From positions 6,703 to 70,702 of the forward strand of contig JALSHV010000012.1 in NCBI GenBank assembly GCA_026981975.1: DNA of 64,000 nucleotides. Direction: 5' to 3'. The stretch is from Aquificaceae bacterium (GTDB lineage Bacteria; Aquificota; Aquificia; Aquificales; Aquificaceae). Under the pieces are notes generated by a model that searched no databases, was not told the origin of the DNA, and was given only the letters and a program-made list of their open reading frames with translations. Below are positions 29,248 to 37,975 of this stretch, in pieces. Position 1 is the first letter of the stretch; the number at the start of each line of letters is the position of its first letter. A program made the translations under genes and the position numbers.

Positions 29248-30477
29248 ATGGCAGCAGCTCCTGGAGTAGAGAACACGGTCAGCGTTGACATACACACCCT
29301 TTTTCTTCACATAGCGATCATACTTCTATCAGCTCGCATGTTCGGAACTCTGTTTAAGAGATTGGGAATTCCTCCAGTATTGGGAGAGGTATTCGCTGGA
29401 ATTCTTTTAGGACAGAGCTTACTGGGTTGGATACCTCTGAGCGAAGCGGTAAAGGTATTGGCGGAGTTAGGAGTTATCCTTCTGCTGTTTGAAGTGGGAC
29501 TTGAAGCAGATATCCACATGTTGGTCAGAGTGGGGCTTTGGTCTATTGCTGTTGCTTTTGTAGGAGCTGCAGTTCCCTTCGCAGGAGGTTTTGTAATATC
29601 TTACTACCTTTTGGATATGCCTCTTATAAGTGCTCTTTTCATAGGCGGTGCTTTAACCGCCACCAGTATAGGTATAACTGTAAGGGTTTTAACAGACTTA
29701 GGAAAACATAAAACACGTTTTGCTCAAATAGTCCTCGGTGCGGCGGTTTTGGACGATATTATGGGTGTAGTTATACTAGCAGCTCTTTATGAGTTTTCCA
29801 AGACTAAGGAAGTAAATCTGGAAGCAACTACCAATCTTATGGTTCATATAGGAGTATTTTTTGTGGTTGCTCCTTTTGTGGCACGTTTTGCTGCAAAGCT
29901 TATATCGTGGATAGTAGATCGCCTTAACGAACCAGATGTTATACCTCCTTCAATATTAGCTCTTATCTTAGGAGTGGGATACGCCGCTTACAAAGTGGGT
30001 TCTCCCGAAATACTAGGTGCCTTTACAGCTGGACTTGCTCTTTCAAGAAGATTTGCCCTTCCCTTTGCTGCTTTTTTACACCTTAATGAAAGAGTCGTTC
30101 ACAGAGTTGAAGAGGGAATAATTCCCCTTATCAACGTTATGGCTCCTATATTCTTTGTTTCAGTAGGTTTAGCTCTTAATCTTAAAGCTATAGACTTTTC
30201 TTCAGGAGAGTTTTGGTTCTTTTCTCTGTCTTTAATAGCAATTGCGATATTCGGTAAAGTTATAGCGGGTTTCGTAGCACCGGGAAACCTCAGGGAAAAG
30301 TTAAACATAGGACTTTCCATGATGCCTCGTGGAGAAGTAGGGCTTATTTTTGCTGAATTCGGTAGAAGTTTTAAAGCTATAGATAGCGTAGGATATGCAG
30401 TTGTTGTATTTGTAGTAGCGGTTACTACCCTTTTGGCTCCTATTTTACTTAAATTAAACGTTCGGAATGAAGATTGA
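29248..30477 (+). CDS. monovalent cation:proton antiporter (CPA2/Kef-NapA type, no KTN domain)
   Basis: 409 aa and polytopic. N-terminal blocks PPVLGEVFAGILLG and LLLFEVGLE are typical of Na+/H+ exchanger family proteins. Confidence 0.85.
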   Translation: MAAAPGVENTVSVDIHTLFLHIAIILLSARMFGTLFKRLGIPPVLGEVFAGILLGQSLLGWIPLSEAVKVLAELGVILLLFEVGLEADIHMLVRVGLWSIAVAFVGAAVPFAGGFVISYYLLDMPLISALFIGGALTATSIGITVRVLTDLGKHKTRFAQIVLGAAVLDDIMGVVILAALYEFSKTKEVNLEATTNLMVHIGVFFVVAPFVARFAAKLISWIVDRLNEPDVIPPSILALILGVGYAAYKVGSPEILGAFTAGLALSRRFALPFAAFLHLNERVVHRVEEGIIPLINVMAPIFFVSVGLALNLKAIDFSSGEFWFFSLSLIAIAIFGKVIAGFVAPGNLREKLNIGLSMMPRGEVGLIFAEFGRSFKAIDSVGYAVVVFVVAVTTLLAPILLKLNVRNED

Positions 30478-31471
30478 AGAATTTGACTACTATCTACCGG
30501 AAGAGTTAATAGCAAAATATCCGATTATTCCCAGACACAGAGCAAGATTGATGGTTCTAAACAGGAAAAGTAAAACTGTTGAGCATTCCACGTTTTGGGA
30601 TCTGCCGGCGTATCTTAAAAAAGGAGATTTGCTTGTATTCAACAACACAAAGGTAATACCCGCAAGACTCAAAGGGAAAAAACCTACAGGCGGAAAGGTG
30701 GAAATCTTGCTCACCGATTATATAAAACCAGATACATGGAAAGCTCTCGTAGGAGGTAAGAAGATAAAACCAGGACTGCTAATAAAAATAGCAGAAGATT
30801 TTGAAGTAGAAATTTTAAAACATCTAAAGGAAGGCAGTTTTTTGGTAAAACTGATAGGAAGTGATCCTCTCAAGCTAATAGATAAATACGGTAATATACC
30901 TATACCACCATATCTGGAAAGGGAAGAGGAAGAAATAGACAGAAATTACTATCAAACCGTATTTGCCTGTGAAAAGGGGGCAGTAGCGGCTCCTACCGCA
31001 GGGCTTCACTTTTCTCCCGAGCTTTTGCAGAGACTTAATCAGGCTGGTGTGAAAAGAGCGTTTGTGACACTTCACATATCTTACGGAACTTTCAAACCAG
31101 TAAAAGTAGAAAAAGTTGAAGAACACAGTGTTGAACCGGAATACGTTAAAGTTCCTGCGGAGACTGTGAGGGCTATTTTAGAAACTAAGGAAAAAGGTGG
31201 AAGAGTCATTGCTGTGGGAACTACTGTTGTCAGAGCTATTGAAACTTCTCCTTTCAAAGCTTATGAAGGCTGGACAGATCTATACGTATATCCCGGATTT
31301 AAATTTAAAGTAATAGATGGTATGATCACCAATTTCCATTTACCGAAATCTTCCTTGCTTATAATGGTGTGTGCTTTTGGAGGAAGAGAATTTATATTAA
31401 GAGCTTATAAGGAAGCTGTAGAAAAAGGCTACAGGTTTTACAGTTACGGAGACGGTATGTTGATCTTATAG
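30467..31471 (+). CDS. queA: S-adenosylmethionine:tRNA ribosyltransferase-isomerase
   Basis: 334 aa. FDYYLPEELIAKYP, VFNNTKVIPARL, AAPTAGLHF and YRFYSYGDGMLI are present. Confidence 0.95.
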   Translation: MKIEEFDYYLPEELIAKYPIIPRHRARLMVLNRKSKTVEHSTFWDLPAYLKKGDLLVFNNTKVIPARLKGKKPTGGKVEILLTDYIKPDTWKALVGGKKIKPGLLIKIAEDFEVEILKHLKEGSFLVKLIGSDPLKLIDKYGNIPIPPYLEREEEEIDRNYYQTVFACEKGAVAAPTAGLHFSPELLQRLNQAGVKRAFVTLHISYGTFKPVKVEKVEEHSVEPEYVKVPAETVRAILETKEKGGRVIAVGTTVVRAIETSPFKAYEGWTDLYVYPGFKFKVIDGMITNFHLPKSSLLIMVCAFGGREFILRAYKEAVEKGYRFYSYGDGMLIL

Positions 31472-31476
31472 ATTTC

Positions 31477-32010
31477 CTAAGGTAAATACAGTATAGGATT
31501 TTGCCGTATACCGTATTTAATCACTTCATAGTGAAGATGGGGTCCCGTAGTTCTTCCGGAAGAACCTACATAGCCTACTATAGCGTTTTTGGGAATCTTA
31601 TCGCCTCTTCTTACAGCAACCGATGCCATATGAGCGTAAAGAGTAACGAACCCATAACCGTGATACAAAATTACTGTGTTACCGTAACCCCTTATCCAGC
31701 CCGCAAACAGGACTTCTCCTTCTGCAGTTGCTACAACATGACTTCCATAAGGTGCGCCTATGTCAACACCTGCATGAAATTCCCTTCTGCCTTTTATACG
31801 TCTCCAACCGAATCCCGAAGTTATTATCCCCACTACGGGCCATATATCGGGTTTAGAACTTTCAACGCTTTTAAGCTCAAATAAAGGCTTCATCTCTTCA
31901 GGAATACTCTCAAAAAGAGGATCTATCGGAAGTTGAGGAAAATCTGTTCCCTTTTTGGAAAATCCACCGCAGATAAAGATAAGCAAACTAAGTAGTAGAG
32001 CCTTCTTCAT
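31477..32010 (-). CDS. M23 family metallopeptidase (intact active site)
   Basis: 177 aa with a signal peptide. HAGVDIG (HxxxD) and GPHLHYEV (HxH) zinc ligands are present. Confidence 0.9.
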   Translation of the reverse strand: MKKALLLSLLIFICGGFSKKGTDFPQLPIDPLFESIPEEMKPLFELKSVESSKPDIWPVVGIITSGFGWRRIKGRREFHAGVDIGAPYGSHVVATAEGEVLFAGWIRGYGNTVILYHGYGFVTLYAHMASVAVRRGDKIPKNAIVGYVGSSGRTTGPHLHYEVIKYGIRQNPILYLP

Positions 32011-33079
32011 CTAAGTAAAAGACTTCATCGGATATAGGTTCGTTCCATCTTTTAAAACCCGGTAGGGTTTCTACTCTATACCAAGCGGATCTATACCATA
32101 TATCCGTGGGATTTTTCTTAACTGGAGCTATTTGAGCAGCTTTTGTTTGAGGATGATACTCCCAGTTCATGTAGTGGTTAAAATTCTGAATTATATCGGT
32201 TATTACTGTGCCGTAGTCAGTAAGAAGGATTTGTTGAAATTCCTTCCATCTGAAGATTGAAGAATCTCTTAAAGTCAAACCAAAGTATCCCGCACAACCA
32301 CTTTCTTTCAAAGTCGCTATACCTCTACCTATGAAGGCTTTAAAGGCGGCAAAGGTTTCAGGCGGATCAGTAACGAAAACATCAAAACGTGCAAGCATAT
32401 CTTCAGGAAAAGGCTTTCTCAAATCCCATACCTTTGCCTGTGCGTTTTCTATACCAAGCTCTTTAAAAATCTTATTATCGTAATCTATTAATCTCTTATC
32501 TATATCCAGAATAAGAACGCTTTTAGCTTTTCTTGTAAGAGCAACTGCAAGTCCTGTAAGGTCGTCCTCCGCTCCCATTACAAGGATATCCCTTCCTCTT
32601 AGATCGCCCCGAACGTCCATAAAGAGGACTCTGCTTACGGTTGTTTCTGGAGTTACAGATCCCTGATCGTAATCCCTTATAGCAGAAGGTCTGTCCTTTG
32701 CGAGTTCTATAAAAGTTCTATAAAACTCTTTGTCTGCGTAAAAGGGATATCCCCTTCCTTCACATGCTACACAAAGGAAGTTTCCCGCAGGCTTTATACC
32801 CAGTTCTCTAACAAGATCGTATCCCTTTTGAGTAAGGAGTATGTTTTCTTCTTCATCTACAAAGAGGATATTTTCAGAAATCAGTTTTTTCACTATAGCG
32901 GCAACAGCGGGAACAGGAAGATCGGAAAAATCTACTATCTTCCAAAAGTCACCAGTTCTCAAGATTGCGGAAAAAACACGCTCTACATTTCTCCTGTGAA
33001 GTCTAATACCTGTTTGATTTTGCACTTCCTGTGCTACATGTGAAAGCAATTCCAATCTTTCACCTCCTGTAAGATTCAA
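31988..33079 (-). CDS. bpsA: N4-bis(aminopropyl)spermidine synthase-like protein (BpsA/DUF43 family)
   Basis: 363 aa. The block ILVMGAEDDLTGLAVALT...ILDIDKRLIDY...FDVFVTDPPET matches the DUF43 branched-chain polyamine synthase family as I recall it. Confidence 0.65.
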   Translation of the reverse strand: MNLTGGERLELLSHVAQEVQNQTGIRLHRRNVERVFSAILRTGDFWKIVDFSDLPVPAVAAIVKKLISENILFVDEEENILLTQKGYDLVRELGIKPAGNFLCVACEGRGYPFYADKEFYRTFIELAKDRPSAIRDYDQGSVTPETTVSRVLFMDVRGDLRGRDILVMGAEDDLTGLAVALTRKAKSVLILDIDKRLIDYDNKIFKELGIENAQAKVWDLRKPFPEDMLARFDVFVTDPPETFAAFKAFIGRGIATLKESGCAGYFGLTLRDSSIFRWKEFQQILLTDYGTVITDIIQNFNHYMNWEYHPQTKAAQIAPVKKNPTDIWYRSAWYRVETLPGFKRWNEPISDEVFYLDEEGSTT

Positions 33080-33099
33080 GCTTTATATTATACTTTGGA

Positions 33100-33870
33100 A
33101 TGCCTAGACTTGACAGATGGCTTTTTGAAAAGGGTTTTGTAGATTCCCGCGAAAAAGCACGTTCTTTGATAATGGCAGGGCTTGTTTACGTTAACGGAAG
33201 GAGAGTAGATAAAGCAGGCTTTACAGTTAAAGGAACAGAACAGATAGAGGTTGAAGAGCTTCCTAAGTATGTTTCCAGAGGAGGATATAAACTAGAAAAC
33301 GCTTTGAGAAGTTTTTCCATAAATGTGAAAGGAAAAATCGCTCTTGACGTAGGTTCTTCCACTGGTGGATTTACAGATTGTCTGCTTCAGCACGGTGCGG
33401 TGCGTGTTTATGCGGTAGATGTAGGAAAAGGGCAAATGCACTTCAGGCTCAGATCCGATCCTAGAGTAATTCTATACGAAAAAACAGATGCAAGAATGCT
33501 AACAGATAAACATATACCCGAGAAAGTAGATATTCTTACCGTAGACGTATCCTTTATATCCTTAACCAAGGTATTATCCCACGTTTTAAAGTTCCTTAAG
33601 AAGGAAGGAACAGCACTGATTCTTATAAAACCTCAATTTGAACTGTCCCCTTCGGAAGTTAAGAAGGGAATTGTAAAAGATAAAAGCTTAAAGAGAAAGG
33701 CACTGATTAAAGTTATAAAACACCTGCAAGAGTTGGGATACGGTATAAGAGATTTGATAAAAGCCTCACCCAAAGGAAGCAAAGGAAATGAAGAATTCTT
33801 TGCTTATGTTATCAGAGAAGCAAATAAACTATCATTGGATTCAGCGGTAGAAAAAGCGCTTAGGGATTAA
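33100..33870 (+). CDS. tlyA: TlyA-family rRNA (cytidine-2'-O)-methyltransferase
   Basis: 256 aa. It has an N-terminal S4 domain (RLDRWLFEKGFVDSREKARSLI) and the FtsJ-like SAM motif LDVGSSTGGFTD. Confidence 0.9.
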   Translation: MPRLDRWLFEKGFVDSREKARSLIMAGLVYVNGRRVDKAGFTVKGTEQIEVEELPKYVSRGGYKLENALRSFSINVKGKIALDVGSSTGGFTDCLLQHGAVRVYAVDVGKGQMHFRLRSDPRVILYEKTDARMLTDKHIPEKVDILTVDVSFISLTKVLSHVLKFLKKEGTALILIKPQFELSPSEVKKGIVKDKSLKRKALIKVIKHLQELGYGIRDLIKASPKGSKGNEEFFAYVIREANKLSLDSAVEKALRD

Positions 33871-33908
33871 ATTAAACTGTAGGATAATTAAATCTAAGGA
33901 GGTTGAAA

Positions 33909-34874
33909 ATGAGTGAAAACGGTGAAAAAAAAGAAAAGGATTTGAAAAAAGAAGCCAAGGAACTTTTTAAGGTTTTTTACGAAAAAACAAAAGATTTTCA
34001 AAAAGCTACAGCTCAAACTATAAAGGAAATGAGTGATAAAACTTTTAAAGGTGTTCAGCCTTCAAAGGAGAAAGTCAAAGAGATTACCGAAGGTATAGTG
34101 GAAGGTATTCAGGAAACCCGCAAACAAATGGGAGATAAATTGGAAACAGTTTTGAAAACTCTACAGGACTTAACCGCTAAAGCTACAGCAGGGGTAATGG
34201 ATATTCTATCAGGTGTCATAGAAGGTGTTGAAGAGGCAACAGAAAAAGAAAGAAGTGAGGAATGCCTCAGGTATATAAAAGAAAGAAGATCCGTTACATT
34301 TTTTGATCCTCAAAAGGAAGTCTCTGAAGATACAGTAAGGGAAATAATTAACATAGCAACTTTAACTCCTTCCAGTTACAATCTTCAACCTTGGGAAGTT
34401 ATCGTAGTTAAAGACAAGGAAACTAAGAAAAAACTAAAAGAAGTATGCAACAATCAGCAAAAGGTAGAAGATGCATCAGTAGATTTAGTTGTCATAGCTA
34501 ATCTTAGAGCTGCAGAAGAACATGTTGATAAAATACTGGATAGCTGGACTGAATTAGGATACATTTCACCTGACCAAAGAGAGAATTTACGTAAGCAGAT
34601 ACTTGAAGAGTGGAAAAGTCCGGAAAAGAAGAAGAGGAAAGCAATAAGAGATACAGCAATGTTCGCTATGAGTATTATGATAGTTGCAAGACACTTCGGA
34701 CTTGAAACTCACCCCCTTGAAGGATTTGATGAACAGAGATTGAAAAAACTCCTGGGGATTGGCAAAGATCGTATTGTTGTTCTTATTATATCCATGGGAT
34801 ACAAAGACCCGCAGAAGGAACTACCTCCGCGGGCTTACAGGTATAAATTTGAAGAATTCGGCAGATTAATATAA
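33909..34874 (+). CDS. nitroreductase-family protein with roughly 120-aa Lys/Glu-rich N-terminal extension
   Basis: ATG 33909 follows AAGGAGG. The C-terminal roughly 200 aa carries RRSVTFFDP...LTPSSYNLQPW (nitroreductase fold). I recognise nothing in the N-terminal helical region. Confidence 0.8.
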   Translation: MSENGEKKEKDLKKEAKELFKVFYEKTKDFQKATAQTIKEMSDKTFKGVQPSKEKVKEITEGIVEGIQETRKQMGDKLETVLKTLQDLTAKATAGVMDILSGVIEGVEEATEKERSEECLRYIKERRSVTFFDPQKEVSEDTVREIINIATLTPSSYNLQPWEVIVVKDKETKKKLKEVCNNQQKVEDASVDLVVIANLRAAEEHVDKILDSWTELGYISPDQRENLRKQILEEWKSPEKKKRKAIRDTAMFAMSIMIVARHFGLETHPLEGFDEQRLKKLLGIGKDRIVVLIISMGYKDPQKELPPRAYRYKFEEFGRLI

Positions 34875-35354
34875 TCCGCCCCCCCGCATTTGTCTTCTCA
34901 ATATCTCTTCGGGAGAAGCTTCTTGCACGCTGAGAACTTCCACATCAAAGATAAGGACTTTTCCCGCAAGAGGATGATTCATATCAACTGTTACCGTATC
35001 TTCGTCAAAATCCACAACCACCATATGAATTGTATGTCCTTCCGGAGTTTGAGCCTGAAGGGGAAGACCCTTCTCAAGGGGAACGTTCTGAAAATATTCC
35101 CTAGGAGCTTTCTGGATAAGGTTAGGATCCTTAGGACCGTAAGCTTCTTCCGGAGGAACTTCTATTGATTTTGTTTCCCCCACTTTCATACCCAACATGC
35201 GGTTTTCAAGTCCCGGTATTATTTCTCCCGCTCCCACCATAAATACTATAGGTTGCCCGGAATCCCTACTGGATTCCAAAACATCTCCTGTTTCTCCGTC
35301 TCTTAAAGTGTAGTGGAAAGATACAACTGTGTTTTTCTCTACCTGCTGTCCCAT
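34866..35354 (-). CDS. slyD: FKBP-type peptidyl-prolyl cis-trans isomerase, SlyD-like
   Basis: 162 aa. It has a split FKBP domain with an insert-in-flap (VSFHYTLRD...GEIIPGLE...HPLAGKVLIFDVEVL). There is no His-rich tail. Confidence 0.88.
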   Translation of the reverse strand: MGQQVEKNTVVSFHYTLRDGETGDVLESSRDSGQPIVFMVGAGEIIPGLENRMLGMKVGETKSIEVPPEEAYGPKDPNLIQKAPREYFQNVPLEKGLPLQAQTPEGHTIHMVVVDFDEDTVTVDMNHPLAGKVLIFDVEVLSVQEASPEEILRRQMRGGGLY

Positions 35355-35379
35355 CTTAAAACTCCTTTAAAATTGAATT

Positions 35380-35419
35380 CCGCCTTGCGAAAGAGGAAAT
35401 GCCTCCCTCTTACAGGCGG
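35380..35419 (-). promoter_or_regulatory. nested hairpin in the predicted slyD 5' leader
   Basis: Outer stem CCGCCT/AGGCGG (35380-85 with 35414-19). Inner stem AAGAGG/CCTCTT (35391-96 with 35406-11). On the minus strand it is followed by AATTCAATTTTAAAGGAG and then the slyD ATG. Confidence 0.3.
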
Positions 35420-35434
35420 TTAAGCTAACATTTA

Positions 35435-35462
35435 ATTTTACGCTCCCCGAATCAGAGTGCAA
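35435..35462 (-). promoter_or_regulatory. predicted sigma70-type promoter for slyD (TTGCAC-16-TAAAAT)
   Basis: The -35 is the reverse complement of 35457-35462. The -10 is the reverse complement of 35435-35440. The spacer is 16 nt. This is a pattern match only. Confidence 0.35.
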
Positions 35463-35481
35463 GTTGTTTTGTGAAGAACAC

Positions 35482-35510
35482 TTGCAAATTAACCCTTGCT
35501 CTGCTATCAT
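35482..35510 (+). promoter_or_regulatory. predicted sigma70-type promoter for the cytochrome c gene (TTGCAA-17-TATCAT)
   Basis: -35 at 35482-35487 and -10 at 35505-35510, about 17-35 nt upstream of the candidate start codons. This is a pattern match only. Confidence 0.45.
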
Positions 35511-35526
35511 AGTCCGCTAAGAAAAG

Positions 35527-36318
35527 ATGGGAGAGGGTTCAGCCATGAGAGGATTGTTAATAGGAATAATACTATGTATGCTGGCGGCAATGGGATTTTC
35601 CTACGGTCCTCATGAAGGACTGGATTGCTTGGGTTGTCACGATCCGCACTATGCAAAAGCTCAGAAGCTCTTTAAAGTAAACAACGAAGTCTATCCAAAT
35701 CCACGAACAGGTAAAACCATAGACGGTGTTTCCGCCCTGTGTTTGGGATGTCACAATCTTGACAAGTTCGGCGGGGCTAATATAAGGCCTATATTCCTGC
35801 ACATGACTCACCCGGTAAATATAGAACCCAATCCGAAAATAGCAAAAGTCCCCGAAAAATTGCTTAGAGACGGAAAACTGCAATGTGTAAGCTGCCATGA
35901 TCCGCATCCTTCCAATCCCTTTTGGAAGTATTTAAGGGTGGAAACCAAGAAAGGTTCTCAAGTAGGTAAATTCTGCGCTGTGTGTCATCCTGCCAAAGCG
36001 GATTTGAAGTTTTACGGTATAGCGGGACAGCTGGACATAAAAGTTTTCTCTTCAATGAACGAAGCAGTAGGAGCAAAAGCTTTTTCTCTTACAGATCCTC
36101 AACTCACTATAGAAAATCCCACTCCAAACTACATAAAGCCTTTCGGTTCTTTTAAGAACGATCTCGCTCCCGCTTATACTTTTGTTCCTTTTCAAGCTTG
36201 GATATACAGTCCCGATCCGGAAAACTTACCTCCAGAATTGAGAAAACTTATTGAAAAGCCCAAACCTAAGAAAAAGAAGAAAGAGAATGTCAAGAAAAAA
36301 GGCAATACTGGTTCTTGA
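35527..36318 (+). CDS. tetraheme c-type cytochrome, membrane-anchored or secreted
   Basis: 263 aa. An alternative start at ATG 35545 gives [18 protein letters not shown]. There are four CxxCH sites: [23 protein letters not shown] and CAVCHPA. The C-terminal tail is Lys-rich ([16 protein letters not shown]). Confidence 0.8.
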   Translation: MGEGSAMRGLLIGIILCMLAAMGFSYGPHEGLDCLGCHDPHYAKAQKLFKVNNEVYPNPRTGKTIDGVSALCLGCHNLDKFGGANIRPIFLHMTHPVNIEPNPKIAKVPEKLLRDGKLQCVSCHDPHPSNPFWKYLRVETKKGSQVGKFCAVCHPAKADLKFYGIAGQLDIKVFSSMNEAVGAKAFSLTDPQLTIENPTPNYIKPFGSFKNDLAPAYTFVPFQAWIYSPDPENLPPELRKLIEKPKPKKKKKENVKKKGNTGS

Positions 36319-37378
36319 AGACGGTAGTTATTTTTTAGGTTACAGCTTCGGTGCCGATGGGGAAAAGGGAGGGGAGTTAGTTTTCAACACTTCAATGACA
36401 GGCTACCAGGAGATCTTAACTGATCCTTCCTACAAAGGACAGATTGTTGTTATGACTTACACGCAAATAGGAAATTACGGTGTAAACGATGAAGATTTAG
36501 AATCCACTCAAATTCAGGTTAACGGTTTTGTGGTAAGAGAAGCTTTTAGTTTTTGTTCTAATTGGAGAGCGAAAAAAAATCTTCAGGAATACCTTAAAGA
36601 AAACGGTATTGTTGCCATAGAGTCAGTAGATACAAGAGCGCTTGTTAAGAAGATAAGAGAAAAGGGTGTTATAAAAGGCATTATCTCCACAAAAGATTTT
36701 GATCCTTACAGTCTTTATTTGAAAGTAAAGAAACTACCGGATATTTCAGAACTGGATTTGGTGGAAGAGGTTTCTTCAAAAGAAGCTTTTCCTTGGAATC
36801 AGGGAGAATGGAATCTCCACGGACCCCTTGTAGCGGTTGTGGACTTTGGCGTAAAGAGAAACATATTAAGAAGGTTAACCGCTGAAGGAGCAAGGGTAAC
36901 TGTAGTTCCTCCGCAGGAAGCTGAAAGTTTTATTCTGAAAAATAAACCCTCCGCTATTTTCCTGTCTAATGGACCGGGTGATCCTCAAAGGGTAAAGATA
37001 GGAATAAAGCTTGTCAGAAAGTTCATGGAAAAAATACCTATTTTGGGAATATGCTTAGGATGTCAGATAATAGGAATCGCCTTAGGAGCGAAAACCTACA
37101 AACTTAGATTTGGCCATCATGGAGGAAATCATCCGGTAAAGGATTTAAGAACAGGAAAAGTAGAAATAACCGCTCAGAACCATAACTTTGCAATTGATCC
37201 TGAAACCTTACCACCAGAAGTTGAAGTAACCCATCTTAATTTACTTGACAATACTGTTGAAGGTATCAGACATAAAGAACTCCCAGTTTTTGCAGTTCAA
37301 TACCACCCAGAGAATTCTCCCGGACCTCATGATTCTTACTATCTGTTCAAAGAATTTGTAAAGCTTTCTTCAGTGTAA
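36287..37378 (+). CDS. carA: carbamoyl-phosphate synthase small (glutaminase) subunit
   Basis: ATG 36287 ([14 protein letters not shown]). The catalytic Cys lies in GICLGCQ, and the triad context is VQYHPE. The track ORF start at 36251 lies inside the cytochrome gene. Confidence 0.95.
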   Translation: MSRKKAILVLEDGSYFLGYSFGADGEKGGELVFNTSMTGYQEILTDPSYKGQIVVMTYTQIGNYGVNDEDLESTQIQVNGFVVREAFSFCSNWRAKKNLQEYLKENGIVAIESVDTRALVKKIREKGVIKGIISTKDFDPYSLYLKVKKLPDISELDLVEEVSSKEAFPWNQGEWNLHGPLVAVVDFGVKRNILRRLTAEGARVTVVPPQEAESFILKNKPSAIFLSNGPGDPQRVKIGIKLVRKFMEKIPILGICLGCQIIGIALGAKTYKLRFGHHGGNHPVKDLRTGKVEITAQNHNFAIDPETLPPEVEVTHLNLLDNTVEGIRHKELPVFAVQYHPENSPGPHDSYYLFKEFVKLSSV

Positions 37379-37975
37379 GGCTTTTATTATCTCTAAAATT
37401 TCTTCCCTTTTGTTTCTAAAACTGGATCTGTTACATATAAGCCACGCGGTAGATTCTTCTATCACTTCCATTTCTACAAGTCCGTTTTCTTTAAGTGTTT
37501 TCCCCGTCTGAACTAAATCTACTATAAACTCAGCAATTCCTATGGTTGGAGCAAGTTCAACAGATCCGTTGAGAACTATAACATCTACTTTAACCCCTTT
37601 TTCTGAAAAGAAACGGTGTGTTGTGCGGGGGTATTTGGTAGCTACTTTTATAAAAGTGCTTTTTTCGTAAAGTTCCTTACTTTCGGGTTTTCCTGCAACC
37701 GATATACGACAACGACCTATTCCTAAATCCAATAGTCGGTAAACATGTGGATTTTTTTCTACGTAAACATCGTAACCACAAATTCCCAAATCCGCTGTGC
37801 CGTATTCAACGTAAACAGGCACATCAAAAGGTTTAACCAGCAGAAGTGTCAAGTCCTTAAGCTCTAAGATTAACTTCCTGCCTTCCTCTACTTTTTTTTT
37901 CAGTATTCCCTTAGAAAAAAGTAGATCTACACTTTCTTTGAAGAGTCTGCCCTTTGGTAAAGCTATTCTTATCAT
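37370..37975 (-). CDS. hisG: ATP phosphoribosyltransferase, short form
   Basis: 201 aa. [16 protein letters not shown] and [13 protein letters not shown] are present. Its length indicates the HisZ-dependent type. Confidence 0.92.
   Translation of the reverse strand: MIRIALPKGRLFKESVDLLFSKGILKKKVEEGRKLILELKDLTLLLVKPFDVPVYVEYGTADLGICGYDVYVEKNPHVYRLLDLGIGRCRISVAGKPESKELYEKSTFIKVATKYPRTTHRFFSEKGVKVDVIVLNGSVELAPTIGIAEFIVDLVQTGKTLKENGLVEMEVIEESTAWLICNRSSFRNKREEILEIIKALH

Noticed and set aside
35355-35526. The largest intergenic gap as a possible structured ncRNA (SRP RNA, 6S RNA or a riboswitch)
   Set aside because: It is too short for 6S or RNase P RNA and lacks the conserved SRP domain IV motif. 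I recognised no riboswitch core. Two divergent promoters plus a leader hairpin explain the region better.
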